Positions 12,467 through 25,648 of a stretch of DNA of 64,000 bases are shown here, piece after piece (within the stretch, counting starts at the first letter, position 1; each line of letters begins with the position of its first letter). The DNA is from Octopus bimaculoides (Eukaryota): assembly GCF_001194135.2 (NCBI RefSeq), contig NC_068993.1, forward strand, positions 52,249,762 to 52,313,761, read 5' to 3'. Both the position numbers and the translations under genes were made by a program. Under the pieces are notes generated by a model. That model worked only from the letters and a program-made list of their open reading frames with translations. It was not told where the DNA came from and searched no databases.

Positions 12467-13771
12467 ATTAACTTCCATTTTCCATGCTGGCATGGGTTGG
12501 AGGGTTTGATAGGAGCTAGCAAGACTAGGGGGCCACAATGGATTCCATAGTCTGTTTTGGTTTGGTTTCTACAGCTGGATACCCTTCCCATTGCCAACAA
12601 CTTTACAGAGTGTACTGGGTGCTTTTTACATGGCACCATCTCCAATACTTTGTACATGGCACCAGCACCAATGCTCTTTTACTATGTAAATAAATTTAGC
12701 ATCAACAATGTTGGTGCAGGCATGGCTGTGCGGTTTGGAGATTTGCTTCACTACCATATTGATTTTGGTTCAATTCCATTATGCCCCACCTTGGGCTAGT
12801 ATTTCCTATCATAGGCTCAGACCAACAAACAATATCTTCTGAGTGAATTTATTAGATGAAAATTGTGAAGATATTCATTTGTTTATCCATTGCTACTATA
12901 TGTAGCACTGGTGTTTCTGATGTACCATTAGTCTTATATATACTTATTGACAAGTTACTCCTTCCTAAATCAGAATAAAAAATTGAATCTCCTGCATTAG
13001 ACGATGAAAAACAAAACAAAACAAGGTAAGCAGTGTTCAGCCATTTCTTTAGGAAAATCCAGTCTTATTCTTTTGGTCTCGTTGGCCAAACTGCTAAGTT
13101 ATGGGATACAAACAAACCAACACCAGTTGTCAAATGGTATGGGTAACAAACACTAAAATACACATGCACACATACATATATGATGGGCTTCTACACAGTT
13201 TCCATCACAAAATTCACTCACAAAAGTGCTGCACAATGAGATTGAACCTGAAATCACATGGATGCAAAGCAAATTTCTTAACCAAACAGCCATGCCTGCT
13301 CGTATATATTGATTCTGAGTGACAAAATAATTCATGATTTAACAATTTAATATTTATTTCAAATTAGGGCACAAGGCCAGCAATTTCAGGGAGAGAGAGT
13401 AAATTGATTACATCAACCCTAATTCTCAACTGGAACTTATTTTATTGAACTCAGAGCATAAAGACAGATGAAATGTTGCTAAGCATTTTGTTTAGTGTGC
13501 TAATGATTCTACCAGCTTGCTGCCTTCTATCATAAAGATGAATGAAATACCCCTAAGCATTTTGTTTGGCATGATAACGATTCTGCCAGCTCACCGGAAT
13601 TTAGCAATTTAATATTATGACTATTATATGGAAATATTTCCTAAGGGTTTACTTCTGCTTGACGAACATGTAGTTAAATGAGTGATGGAGATGCTGATAT
13701 ATTTTCCTGTTGTCAGTTAAATCAACTTTTTGAAAAATACTGGATGGCACATCTTGACATTTAGATATTCT

Positions 13772-14174
13772 TTCCTATTCTAAGCACAAGGCCCGAAATT
13801 TTTGGGGAGGGAGCCAATCGATTAGATCGACCCCAGTATGAAACTGGATGAAAGCAAAGTCAACCTTGGCGGAATTTGAACTCAGAACATAAAGGCAGAC
13901 GAAATACCACTAAGCATTTCACCCGGCGTGATAACGTTTCTTGTTTCTTTATTGCCCACAAGGGGCTAAACATAGAGGGGACAAACAAGGACAGACAAGG
14001 GGATTAAGTTGATTACATCGACCCCAGTGCGTAACTAGTACTTAATTTATCGACCCCGAAAGGATGAAAGGCAAAGTCGACCTCGGCGGAATTTGAACTC
14101 AGAACGTAATGGCAGACGAAATATCACTAAGCTTTTTGCCCGATGTGCTAACATTTCTGCCAGCTCACTGCCTT
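13772..14174 (-). mobile_element. Adjacent SINE B tail-1 copy (13772-13940) and tail-2 copy (13944-14174)
   Basis: Both share AAAGGCAAAGTC(G/A)ACCT(C/T)GGCGGAATTTGAACTCAGAAC but have different 3' ends. Confidence 0.8.
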
Positions 14175-15089
14175 CTTGACCTTTAGATATTATCGTGTGA
14201 ATGTAGGGGATATGATGAACCATCCAACACTTCAGACAGTTTTTAAAGGAACACATAGAAGGATTGCATAAGTGAAGTGTATGGACTTTTTGTGAAGGGA
14301 ATCCATTAGACATTGCGATTTGTCATAACAGCTAAGTATAGAATCACTGAACTAATTTATCCTGACATTTAATTAAATCAATTCACTGAAATTTCAATGG
14401 AAATCAGTTGAACTACAGAGAAACAAAATAATAACAATAATAATAATAGTAATAACAACAACACCAAAACTACCACCACTGCCACCAACAGCAACAAACG
14501 TGATTTTCTATTATTTTGGTTGGCTTTAAATATAATATGTAGACATTTTCTCATCTCATAATATAAATATCAGTAAATAATTATTGTGTGCTTTACCGTT
14601 GATAGGAAATGAATCTTCAGCATGAAAGCAAAAATCAATTTTCTAGCAGTATGAGCTCAGTCTAATTTGGATTACATGTCAGATGAGAAATCAAATTAAA
14701 ATTTATTATTTTTTTTTCCCCACCATTCTCAGAGAACCAGGCTGGAAAGAAATGTCTATTAATAGAACATAAATACAGTTATTTCAACATTTTTATTTAC
14801 TACTGAGAATTCTTTTTAAAAGAGTTTTTAAATCATTAAGAGTTTTATTTTTTTTTTCCCCACTTTCAACAGGTGTCTTCAGTTTATTATGAAAATAAGA
14901 TTCCATAAAATATTTCGTTTTTGAAAGTTTTTTTTTTTGATTTATTGATATTTGCATACTACATAGCAGGAAACTTATCAAATCTTATTGAATATTTACT
15001 GTTTTAATATCCTTATCTGTCACCACATCGGTTTCAATTATCACATGATAAAGGTTAGTTCATGTTATGTTAAACTTTATCTGTTCAAG

Positions 15090-15158
15090 GTGTTGATATA
15101 ATGGTTAGTGTGGTTGCCTTCTAAGCAGTCAGTCCAGGTTCGACTCCAGGCTAAAGCA
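15090..15158 (+). pseudogene. Degenerate tRNA-Gly(TCC)-derived pseudogene (anticodon now TCT)
   Basis: GTGTTGATATAATGGTTAGTGTGGTTGCCTTCTAAGCAGTCAGTCCAGGTTCGACTCCAGGCTAAAGCA aligns by eye with the eukaryotic tRNA-Gly(TCC) consensus; A and B boxes are visible and the acceptor stem is damaged. Confidence 0.65.
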
Positions 15159-15183
15159 TCCCTTGAGATTTTTTTTATAGATG

Positions 15184-15520
15184 CAAGCATGTCAGTGTAG
15201 TTAAGAAGTTTTAAGATTTTAGTCCTTCTACACAGCATTTTGTGCAAGTGTCTTCTACTAAAGTCCTTGGCTGACCAATGCCTTATGAGTGAATTTCATA
15301 GATAGAAACTGTAGAAGCCCGTGTATGTGTGTGTGTGTTCCCGCCACCACCACTTGGCAACTGGTGTTGGTCGGTTTACATCCATATAACTTAGTAGTTT
15401 GGCAAAAGATACTGATAGAATAAGTACCAGACTTTAAAAAAATATGCAGGAGGCAATTTGTTCAAGGCTACGCTCCAGCATGGACACAGTCCAATGACGA
15501 AAACAATTAAAAGATAAAAG
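15184..15520 (+). mobile_element. SINE family A, diverged
   Basis: Head, TG tract, ATAGAATAAGTACCAG and CTCCAGCATGG tail in order. Confidence 0.7.
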
Positions 15521-16259
15521 AGGAATAGGAACAGTTATTACACTTTCAAGAGTTGTATATGAAGTAAAATGTAAATTTCTTCTAATGCCTGAAAGGTTTC
15601 TAACAGCTGGTACATAACTCCAACTTCAAGGTATTGAGAATTTTTTTTTTTTTTTTTTTTTTTTTTAAATGTCTCATTCAGTCTCAGCTAATATCCCCAG
15701 CTGTTGATGTCATATAATCTTAGCCAAACCATGATCAAAAGGTCACAAATTACTAGGTACAAACAACAATTAATTATTTCAGTTAAATATCCCCCATCAA
15801 GCTGGGGACTGCATTGCTCATATCAGTATATGATAAGTTGTTGTACAACTCCAGGCCATCATGATTGATTGAGCAGACTTATGATCAAAGGAAATCCATC
15901 TGTGACCATCTCATATTTTCCCTGTATGCAAGGAACTCAGGATTACATTCAGCGTCTAATGTGTCCTGTTTTAAGATGGTAGTGTGTGATTTGAGGGAGA
16001 TTTGGTTGTTATTTCTAGTAAGCTGTATGATCATGTAGGGGCTCTCTCATTAGCTTGGTATGTACTAGGTAATCCTGTTGGGTGTATGATTGGAAATATT
16101 TCACTCTCTTTACTACCAAATGTCATTTTATAGGCCAGTAGGTCCTGCTAATTGCTGCAGTTGACACCTCTCCTTTTCATAATTTTATGAACTGGGGTGA
16201 CATGTACAGTTGTTGTGGATGTGATATTACAATCAGTGTTACTTATGTTTAATAAAAAA

Positions 16260-16595
16260 AATAACTTATTCACCCAAGTTTTAACATCATCTCCTTCGAA
16301 ATAGTCATTTTGTGCAGCAATACACCACTCCCAGCATTCCTGCCACTTTTGGAATCCAGCCCGGAAGTCATTTTCCATAAGCGGGCCAAGGACCTTCAGC
16401 AATTTTCTCTGGATCTCAACAATGGTGTTAAAACAGCGACCTTTGAACTGCATTTTCATGTTGGGGAAGAGTTGGAAGTCTGCAGGTATTAGATCTGATG
16501 AATAGGGTAGGTGCAGAAGCGATTCCATGTTGTTTTTAGCAAGAAACTCACAAGTGAGGAAAACTCAATGACGGGGTGCATTGTCATCATGAAGA
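16260..16595 (-). mobile_element. Mariner (DD34D) transposase C-terminal relic
   Basis: LHDDNAPRH*..HLPYSSDLIPADFQLFPNMK..KGRCF..FQKWQECWEWCIAAQNDYFEGD; 34 residues lie between the second and third catalytic Asp; one stop codon. Confidence 0.85.
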
Positions 16596-16638
16596 CTAAA
16601 ATTTACATGTAAATTCAGTGCTAGAAATGAGGTAGAAG

Positions 16639-17019
16639 CAGGGCCATGTTAAGACCTATAGAGGCCCTAAGCACTTAAACAATTTTGGTGTCCCAATATA
16701 TATGTTTTACAAAACGAAACAAAACTAACAGGAAATTGGAAAATAATGTTCTTATTTTTGTATACTTCCACTTTATTTATATTTGAAAAGTTTTCTCTTA
16801 TTTTTTTTTATTGCAAAGTCTTCAATCAGATCCTCACTATGATACCTTTGAACACTTTGTAATTATATTTCCAATCATATAAACCACTTTGAATATTATT
16901 TTAGCAAGTTTAAAGTGATTTCTTTAGTGTTGTAAACCATTTACCATTTCTGTCATTCCTCTGCTTCCCTTGATGCCCTAAACACGTGTTTATTTTGTTT
17001 AATGGTTAATCCAGCGCTG
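16639..17019. mobile_element. hAT MITE, copy 1
   Basis: Ends CAGGGCCATGTTAA / TTAATCCAGCGCTG; 8-bp TSD GGTAGAAG / GGTAAAAG; homologous to 24221-24642. Confidence 0.8.
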
Positions 17020-17354
17020 GGTAAAAGGTACAGAAACACAAACTGTTTTAGTTATAAACTAGAGTTTAACTGTGGAGGTTAAGTGAATCAAACAGCTTAG
17101 ATATGGAAAGTAGAAAACTACTGAGAGTGTTTTGAAGCTGCCACCTTAAGGTGGGATACACCACATAAGTAGGATATTACCTCTTTGCATGTAGCTGGTG
17201 CTTTATACAAATAAATACCAATTGTTAGACAAGTACAGTACTTAGAAACAAGGGAATGTGAACTGATTAGTGTAACAAGGGAACACAAAGATAAATACTT
17301 TGTTCTAAATCTAAGGAAACAATTTATTACAAGCTAGAAACTAAGTATAACTGT

Positions 17355-17690
17355 TATTATCTTTTATCTTTTACTTGTTTCAGTCACTGGACTGTGGTCA
17401 TGCTGGAGCACAACCTTGAAGGGCTTAGTCAAACAAATCAACTCTAGTACATAGTTTTTTTTAAAGTCTGCTACTTATTCTATCAGACTCTTTTGGTGAA
17501 CTGTTAAGTTACAGAAATATAGACTAACCAATACCTGTTGTCAGGCAATGGTGGTAGTAAAATGCAACACAAAACACGACAGGCCTCTTTCAGTTTCTGC
17601 CTCACAAATCTACTCACAAGGCTTTTGTTGATCTGGGGTTATGATAAAAGATACTTGGTTGAGGTGTCATGCAGTGGGGTTGAACTTCAT
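17355..17690 (-). mobile_element. SINE family A, diverged
   Basis: TTTTACTTGTTTCAGTCA..CATGCTGGAGC tail and body motifs. Confidence 0.7.
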
Positions 17691-19165
17691 TTTCCAAGGC
17701 AACATCAAAATATGTTCACAGACATAATTGAGTCAGTAACTGTGTCTATTAGGCAATGTGCCAGTACTTAAACATGAAAACTGATGAGTGGTATAAACAT
17801 ACATCAAATATTGTACATGAAATGATCTGGCTGCAAAAGTCTGGGACGTGCTTGCTTAGATTAACGATGAAATCAAATTGAATGATTCAATTATTAGGTT
17901 CTGGAAAAAGTTTGTGCACCATGTTAAAATAATGATTTTTTTTAATGTAAAGTGGTTGGTGTTAGGAAGGGCTTCCAGCCATAGAAACCATACCAAATCA
18001 AACTGAAACCTGGTGCAGCTCTCCAGCTTACCAGTTTTCAGTCAAACCATCCAACCCATGCCAGCATGGAAAGCACACCTTTGTTTAGCCTGGTGGTGGG
18101 GTCTATAGTAGAAGACACTGATCCAAGTACTATGCAGTGGGACTGAACCTGGAGCCATGTGGTTGGGAAGTAAACTTCTTAACCACACAACCATGCCTGT
18201 GTCTGGTGTATAAATTAAATCTAATCAAACTCGTGTCTGTATATTCATGATTACGGTATGTAATCCCTCCATGATTACTGCACGTAATCCTTTCTAATTA
18301 GGTTAGTTAACTTTTAATATTCTTCTCTTTATTTGTTTTTTTGATTTCACTCTAACTTTCCGTCTGACTGTGTGTATGTCTCCTCCTTTTCTTCTTCTTC
18401 TTCTTCTTCTTCTTCTTCTTCTTCTTCACCTCGTCCTCTGCCTCCTCCTCTCATCATCATCATCAAAACTGAAATGAGTCAAAGGGAGATGTGTGTTGTG
18501 TTCTTGAGCAAGACACTTTATTTCATGTTGCTCCAGTTAACTCAACAGTAGAAATAAGTCACAACGTCACAGGTGCCAAGCTGTATCGGCTTTTGCCTCT
18601 TTATATGTACAAGAAAGATGTCTACAACATTGCAACATTATGGTCATGTAACAGAGTAAATGACTTCTGCAGAGTGTCATGTATTGACTGTTGATTGTAC
18701 TCATTGCAGAGAAAGCCAAGAAAAACATGGTGTCTCAGAGATATTAAAGTGTTGAGTATACTACTATCCTGTTCCCAGTCTAAACTGTGTCGCCTTTAAT
18801 ATTAGCTTAAAGGTTTCAATTTAAAAAAGAAAAAAATTGGATTGATTAGCAAAAAATAAAACACATAAGATAATGAGTGCATGCACATATGCATATACAC
18901 ACATGCAAATACTGGAGACAAATGTCTGTGAAATACAAGCTTATGCCTCTGATATGTGAAACAGAATTAAACAGTACAGAATATACTTTGAACTAATGTA
19001 GTCAAATATATTTGCACAGTTGATTGTGAATTTGCATTATATTTCTACATAAGACATTTTGCTTTTACTTGCCTCATTTTACTACAAGCAAAAAATGAGG
19101 AGTCAGACTGTCTGGGAATGTTAATCTACAATAGATTCAATTTATTCTCTTTCCTCCCATTCTAG

Positions 19166-19230
19166 GAGAACTAAACTTGAATTCTGAGTCATCAAGGTTT
19201 GAGAAAGGACTTGAAGCACATTTCAACAAA
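19166..19230 (+). CDS. Candidate internal exon (GELNLNSESSRFEKGLEAHFNK)
   Basis: Strong TTCTCTTTCCTCCCATTCTAG acceptor, AAA|GTTAAG donor, open frame phase 1 to 0. Confidence 0.4.
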
Positions 19231-19702
19231 GTTAAGTTATATTGAATCAGGGTAATCCATAGATGGATCACTAGTTTTTGGCTATATCTTTGCAGCAACG
19301 AGCAGTCATGGCAACAAATCCAAATATATATGTGTGTGTGTGTGTGTGTATCTGTAATCACTACTTTATTTACCACCTCGCCTACCTCATTCCCTTGGGT
19401 AATTCTTGCATAATTTATTTTCTGTGTTGGACATCTTTCCAAGTGTGCTGTTGAAGAAATGGCTGATTGCTAACATTTAGAAAACATTTTTTTTTTTTGT
19501 TTTTGTTTTTTTAAACAACACACAGTGGTCTGAGAGTAAGAAATATTGGCTCATGTTCAATGGAAACATAGAGGAAATGTATTACATTCCAATTTGTTCT
19601 TACAATCAACCGAATACATCCTTATCGGAAATTTACTGAAGGCAAATTAAATTTTCTTTACTGCATAAACTACATGAAATATATTGCATATGTGTGTGTG
19701 TG

Positions 19703-19779
<77 letters not shown>

Positions 19780-20199
19780 ATGGATGGATGGATGGATGGA
19801 TGGATGGATGTATATGACAACTGCTAGCAGTAATCTAGGACAGACAAATAACTGTCTTTCTAATGACCCACAAACTTCTTCATATCAATCACATTCTGGT
19901 CAGTGTTACCAATTACACTGGAAAGCACCTGTCATCTCTTCCTGTCAAACTAGGCTATATAAATGATTTGCTGTTACAAAGTGAGTACAATCTCATGCCA
20001 TATCACATAAGGATTATAGATAATTCTGCAGCCATTTAAATCCTCCCACCCCACTCCACCCGACCAGAGAGTATATTTTATACTGACATAACCAAATATG
20101 CTTGAATTTCTTGTTCATTCTAAGAATATAAATAATTATTAATTATGAATTAACAGTTAAGATTTTAAATATAAATGTTATTATTATTATCTGACTATG

Positions 20200-20480
20200 A
20201 CTCTTCATGGCTTTGGCATGACTTGATAAGCTCTGCCCTTACTGGCCAGTTTTTCACCTGAGTTTGCCACTTATTATGATCAATTCCTTTCCACTTCATA
20301 TTCCTTTTTGCAGTATCTTTGAACCTTACCCTATGTTTTCCATGGTTTCTTCTCCCCTCGAAAAGCTGGGAATAAAGGAGTTGTCTAGGGAGTCTGTTGT
20401 TTTCCATCTTGTGTACGTGTCCCAACCAACATAAATTTCTATCGATGAAGATTTCCATACAAATGTTATAAGATTTTAAA
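20200..20480 (-). mobile_element. RTE-BovB LINE ORF C-terminal fragment
   Basis: LCWLGHVHKMENNRLPRQLLYSQLFEGRRNHGKHRVRFKDTAK matches the RTE motif LRWLGHVxRMxxxRLPKQLLYxELxxGxRxxGxxxKRFKD. Confidence 0.85.
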
Positions 20481-20489
20481 AGCAATCAT

Positions 20490-20700
20490 CTGGGATAGAA
20501 AAGAGAACTTTCCCTCTTACAAGACCGATACAACTTGGTACCAGTGACGTCTGAACTCGTTTCTACCGATGAGTGAACTGGAGCAACGTGAAATAAAGTG
20601 TCTTGCTCAAGAACACAACACACAGCCTGGGTCTGGGTATCAAACTTACTACCTTCTGATTGAGAGCCTGGCATTCTATTCACTGAGTCGTGCACCTTCA
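20490..20700 (-). mobile_element. SINE family D, head and core
   Basis: GGAGCAACGTGAAATAAAGTGTCTTGCTCAAGAACACAACAC and tRNA-like head on the minus strand. Confidence 0.7.
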
Positions 20701-20820
20701 CAATTTATGTTATAGTGTAAATTGATAAGAATTTCATAAATGCATGTAGCTTTAATATGATAAATAGATTCAGTATGACTCAATCTGTGAAGCAAACACA
20801 CATTTGTATATTTTGATATA

Positions 20821-20853
<33 letters not shown>

Positions 20854-22089
20854 NNNNNNNNNNNNNNNNNNNNNNNNNNNNNNNNNNNNNNNNNNNNNNN
20901 NNNNNNNNNNNNNNNNNNNNNNNNNNNNNNNNNNNNNNNNNNNNNNNNNNNNNNNNNNNNNNNNNNNNNNNNNNNNNNNNNNNNNNNNNNNNNNNNNNNN
21001 NNNNNNNNNNNNNNNNNNNNNNNNNNNNNNNNNNNNNNNNNNNNNNNNNNNNNNNNNNNNNNNNNNNNNNNNNNNNNNNNNNNNNNNNNNNNNNNNNNNN
21101 NNNNNNNNNNNNNNNNNNNNNNNNNNNNNNNNNNNNNNNNNNNNNNNNNNNNNNNNNNNNNNNNNNNNNNNNNNNNNNNNNNNNNNNNNNNNNNNNNNNN
21201 NNNNNNNNNNNNNNNNNNNNNNNNNNNNNNNNNNNNNNNNNNNNNNNNNNNNNNNNNNNNNNNNNNNNNNNNNNNNNNNNNNNNNNNNNNNNNNNNNNNN
21301 NNNNNNNNNNNNNNNNNNNNNNNNNNNNNNNNNNNNNNNNNNNNNNNNNNNNNNNNNNNNNNNNNNNNNNNNNNNNNNNNNNNNNNNNNNNNNNNNNNNN
21401 NNNNNNNNNNNNNNNNNNNNNNNNNNNNNNNNNNNNNNNNNNNNNNNNNNNNNNNNNNNNNNNNNNNNNNNNNNNNNNNNNNNNNNNNNNNNNNNNNNNN
21501 NNNNNNNNNNNNNNNNNNNNNNNNNNNNNNNNNNNNNNNNNNNNNNNNNNNNNNNNNNNNNNNNNNNNNNNNNNNNNNNNNNNNNTATATACACACACAT
21601 CATCAAATATATCTTTCAAGGCTAGACTTCATAGTTGTTGACACATCCAAACTGTGCCAGCATAGAAAACAAACATGGTGATTGAACAGTGGTAATAGTG
21701 ATGTGGGGAGCTGGGATGAGGGGGGGGGGGCTGTGACGGCTGCAATGGTTTTATGCATGCTTGTACATACATGTGCAAGTGTGTGCATTATATCATCATC
21801 ATCATCATCAGTTTTATGTTCACATTCTCCCATGCTGGCATGAGCTGGACAAGACTTTTCGAAGTAGTGCACTAAACCCAACCAGATGCCCTTTAAAGAT
21901 ACCAGCTCTCAATTTGTTTTTCAAGTATGGTATTTTATTTCATATCTTGGTTCACAGAGTCAACATTCCCATATCATAACATGAATACTAAAGTGGTGTC
22001 AAATGAACACATGGCTATTTAAAATGCACACACTCATACACCCATACCTATGCACTCATATTTGTGTGAGTGTGTGTATCTCTCTCTAT

Positions 22090-22121
<32 letters not shown>

Positions 22122-22122
<1 letters not shown>

Positions 22123-22350
22123 AGGCGATCTGGCAGAAACGTTAGCACGCCTGGCGAAATGCTTAGCGGTATTTCGTCTGCCACTGCGTTCTGAGTTCAA
22201 ATTCCGCCGAGGTCGACTTTGCCTTTCATCCTTTCGGGGTCGATAAAATAAGTACCAGTTACGCACTGGGGTCGGTATAATCGACTTAATCCGTTCGTCT
22301 GTCCTTGTTTGTCCCCTCTGTGTGTAGCCCCTTGTGGGTAATAAAGAAAT
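22122..22350 (+). mobile_element. SINE family B tail type 2, young
   Basis: Reverse-complement match to 11448-11679 and 13944-14174. Confidence 0.85.
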
Positions 22351-22351
22351 A

Positions 22352-22390
<39 letters not shown>

Positions 22391-22761
22391 CACCATATTT
22401 TAACATGTATAAGAAACCCCCTAATTTTGGGGACTTAAAATTTGGAAAAAAGGGTTTGTAAGGGATTATGATACTCTCCATGTATGAGAAACTCCCATAT
22501 TTTTTAAACTAATTTTTGACAAAAAAGTGTTCCTTGTACACATTAGAATATGATATATATATATTCTTTATCTTGTTTCAGTCATTTGACTGTGGCCATG
22601 CTGGAGCACCACCTTAAATGGTTTTCTCCAAAATTCCACACATTGGAATCATACCCGGTATAAGTGTGTGTGTGTGTGTGTGTGTGATTTCTGACCCAGA
22701 GGTAAGAGCATTGCACACACAATCAAAAGATTGGACATACAACAGTATAACATAATAGCAA

Positions 22762-22807
<46 letters not shown>

Positions 22808-23276
22808 TCATCATCATCATCGTCGTCATCATCATTTAACATTGAGGGTAACTTCTCCAAAATTCCACACATTGGAATCATACCCAGTATGATTGTGACA
22901 TTGGTTTTCAGATACCAGACCAATGGTGCATTGTGTTCTTGAGAAAGATATTTCATTCCACGTTGCTCCAGTCCGCCTCGGCTGTAAATGGGTAATCCTG
23001 CAACAGAGTGCAGCCATGTTGGGGCGCCACCTTGAAGAATTTTTAGTTGAATGTATCGACCCCAGTTTTTTTTGTTTTTTTTTTAAGCCTGGTACTTATT
23101 CTATCAGTCTCTTTTGCAGAACCGCTAAGTTATGGAGACATATATACACCATCACTAGTTGTGAAGCAGTGGTGGGGGACAACCCCCCCCTCCATATATA
23201 TATATATATATATANNNNNNNNNNNNNNNNNNNNNNNNNNNNNNNNNNNAGTGGTGGGGGACAACCCCCCCCCCCT

Positions 23277-23313
<37 letters not shown>

Positions 23314-24148
23314 TATAATGGGCTTCTTTCAGTTTCTGTCTATCAAATCCACTCACAAGGCTTGAGTCTATAGTAGAAGAGACTTGCCCAAGGTGCCACA
23401 CTGTAGGACTGAACCTGGAACCATGTAGGTAGGAAGCAAGCTTCTTACCACAGAGATTAAATATAGTGAAGAAAAGGTTGGTGGAATATGGTATGCAGTC
23501 AGCAAATTTAGAAAAACAGAAACTATTGCAGTTATAAATGATAAGAGACAGAGAAAGAGAGAGAGGGAGAGAGAGAGCTGGCACAATGATGGGATTTTCT
23601 TGGTATTTATCTAAGTAGAAATGTAACACCTATGGTACATTGTCTGTACAAGTGAAATGGTCGAGTGGACAAGAAGAATGTCTTTAATGATATATTTACT
23701 TGATCAGGCTGACCTAAACAGCAGTAGTGTTAACTTCTTTAACACCTCTTAACTCAACCTTTAACCTAAAATCTTACTCTCTGTCACAACATACCATCTG
23801 ATAACCTGCTAATAACAATGCACTTGACATCCTATCATTAAACAGCCTCTTCTCTCTAAACTTCCTGGTACTTGAAGTCAGCTAACTAACTAACCTGATC
23901 TAATAACAATACTACACTGACTGTAATTAACAGAAAAATGTGTTTCATCTTTTCCCATTAAAGACAATTAAGCAACAAGTGACTGATAATATCCTTCTAG
24001 CTGTCTCTCTTTACCTTCCCCATATAACTGAAGATCACAGTTCCCTCACACCCTCAATGGAATCATACGTAGCATCACTCTGCAGTTATAAAGCTTTAGT
24101 GAATATTATGGAAACTTTTAGACAAAGTTCCCTTTTATCATCTTCTAG

Positions 24149-24207
24149 GATATTTTGACTCACCATTACAATAACTGGAAATATAGCTATCAGGATAAGC
24201 AAAAATG
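24149..24207 (+). CDS. Candidate internal exon (DILTHHYNNWKYSYQDKQK)
   Basis: CCCTTTTATCATCTTCTAG acceptor, only the phase 0 frame is open (compatible with 19230); weak donor GTTTTA. Confidence 0.3.
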
Positions 24208-24220
24208 GTTTTAGTGTATC

Positions 24221-24642
24221 CAGGGCCAGATTTAAACCCATAAAGGCCCTAAGCACTTAAACAATCTTGATGCCCCCCTATATGTGTAATTCAAAATATA
24301 AGCAATAATGAACTATAAAATAATTTTTATTTTTCGAAATGAAACAGAACTAACAGTAAGAGGGAAAATAATGTTTATTTTTGTATACTCCCCACTTTAT
24401 ATATATTTCGAAAGTTTTTCCCACTTTTTTTAAAAGTCTTTGATCAGATCCTCTCTATGACATGATGAAGACTTCAAATTTATATTTCCAATCATATAAA
24501 CCACTTCAAATATTATTTTAGCAGGTTTAAAATGATTTCTTTTGTGCCATAAGCCATTTACCATTTCTGTGTTACCTTGCCCCTGCCCACTTCTCTTGAT
24601 GCTCCAAGGCACGTGCTTATTTTGCTAAATAATCCAGCACTG
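24221..24642. mobile_element. hAT MITE, copy 2
   Basis: Ends CAGGGCCAGATTTAA / TAATCCAGCACTG; TSD AGTGTATC / AATGTATC; the minus strand retains EDLIKDF, similar to the extreme C-terminus of hAT transposases. Confidence 0.8.
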
Positions 24643-24972
24643 AATGTATCATAGAATCTGCAAGCCCTTTCACTTTCTGAATAGTAGCTTTCTGGTTTCT
24701 TTTTGGTTTTTCTGGTCCTTTTTCCAGGATCTTTTTCAACTCTGCAGAATCCTTTTATCTGTTACATGAACCAAAGATGGTTCTGTGTATTCGTTACTGA
24801 TATTGAGAAAATCGCCATATTTGCTTCATAAATGGCTTCCAATTTCACATTGTACATATGCAATAAAATTTCTCCTGTATCATTGTGAAACGACAGACAA
24901 TCTGAATTATGGTGGTGCAGCTTTTATTAGGGCAAAAACAACTTGCCTCACCACCATATGCACATCACCACC

Positions 24973-25005
<33 letters not shown>

Positions 25006-25411
25006 TCATTACCATCATCATCATCATCATCATCATCATTACCATCATCATCATCATCATCTCAAATAGGGTAGAGACACTTGTGAACATTTACATGCTT
25101 TTACCAATTTGATGGTTTCTGTAAAACCAGATGTACTTAAGATATTATTAACCGCTTTTCTACTCTAGGCACAAGGCCCAAACTTTTGGGGGAGGGGGCA
25201 GTCGATTACATCGACCCCAGTATGTAACTGGTACTTAATTTATCGATCCTGAAAGGATGAAAGGCAAAGTCAACCTCGGCGGAATTTGACCTCAGAATGT
25301 AAAGACAAACAAAATGCCGCTAAGCATTTTGCCTGGCATGCTAACATTTCTGCCAGCTTGCTGCTTTATTATTAACTGCGTCACACACACACTCACACTC
25401 ACACACACACG

Positions 25412-25443
<32 letters not shown>

Positions 25444-25587
25444 CACACACACACACACACACTCTCTCTCTCTCTCTCCCTCTCTCTCTTGATTCTCCCT
25501 TTAGAGATATCATTAGCATGTGTGTGTGTGTACAAAGGAGGGATGAAAAGGGCACCCCAACAATTCCATGCATGACAATTCAGTGCC

Positions 25588-25648
25588 GACAATTCTGCAC
25601 TAAGACAATTCTGCACTAAGACAATTCTGCACTAAGACAATTCAGCGC
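25588..25648. repeat. 16-bp tandem repeat GACAATTCTGCACTAA x3 plus a partial unit
   Basis: Units start at 25588, 25604, 25620 and 25636 with no spacers. Confidence 0.9.

Noticed and set aside
20676-21625. The longest tracked ORFs (260-306 aa), and similar ones at 9.5, 31.8, 40.2, 48.5 and 56.2 kb
   Set aside because: They are open only because they run through N gaps.
23170-23300. Duplicated AGTGGTGGGGGACAACCCCCCC on both sides of a 35-N gap
   Set aside because: Most likely unmerged contig overlap inside one SINE, i.e. an assembly artefact.
25588-25648. 16-bp repeats superficially CRISPR-like
   Set aside because: There are no unique spacers, the context is eukaryotic and there are no cas genes; it is a plain tandem repeat.
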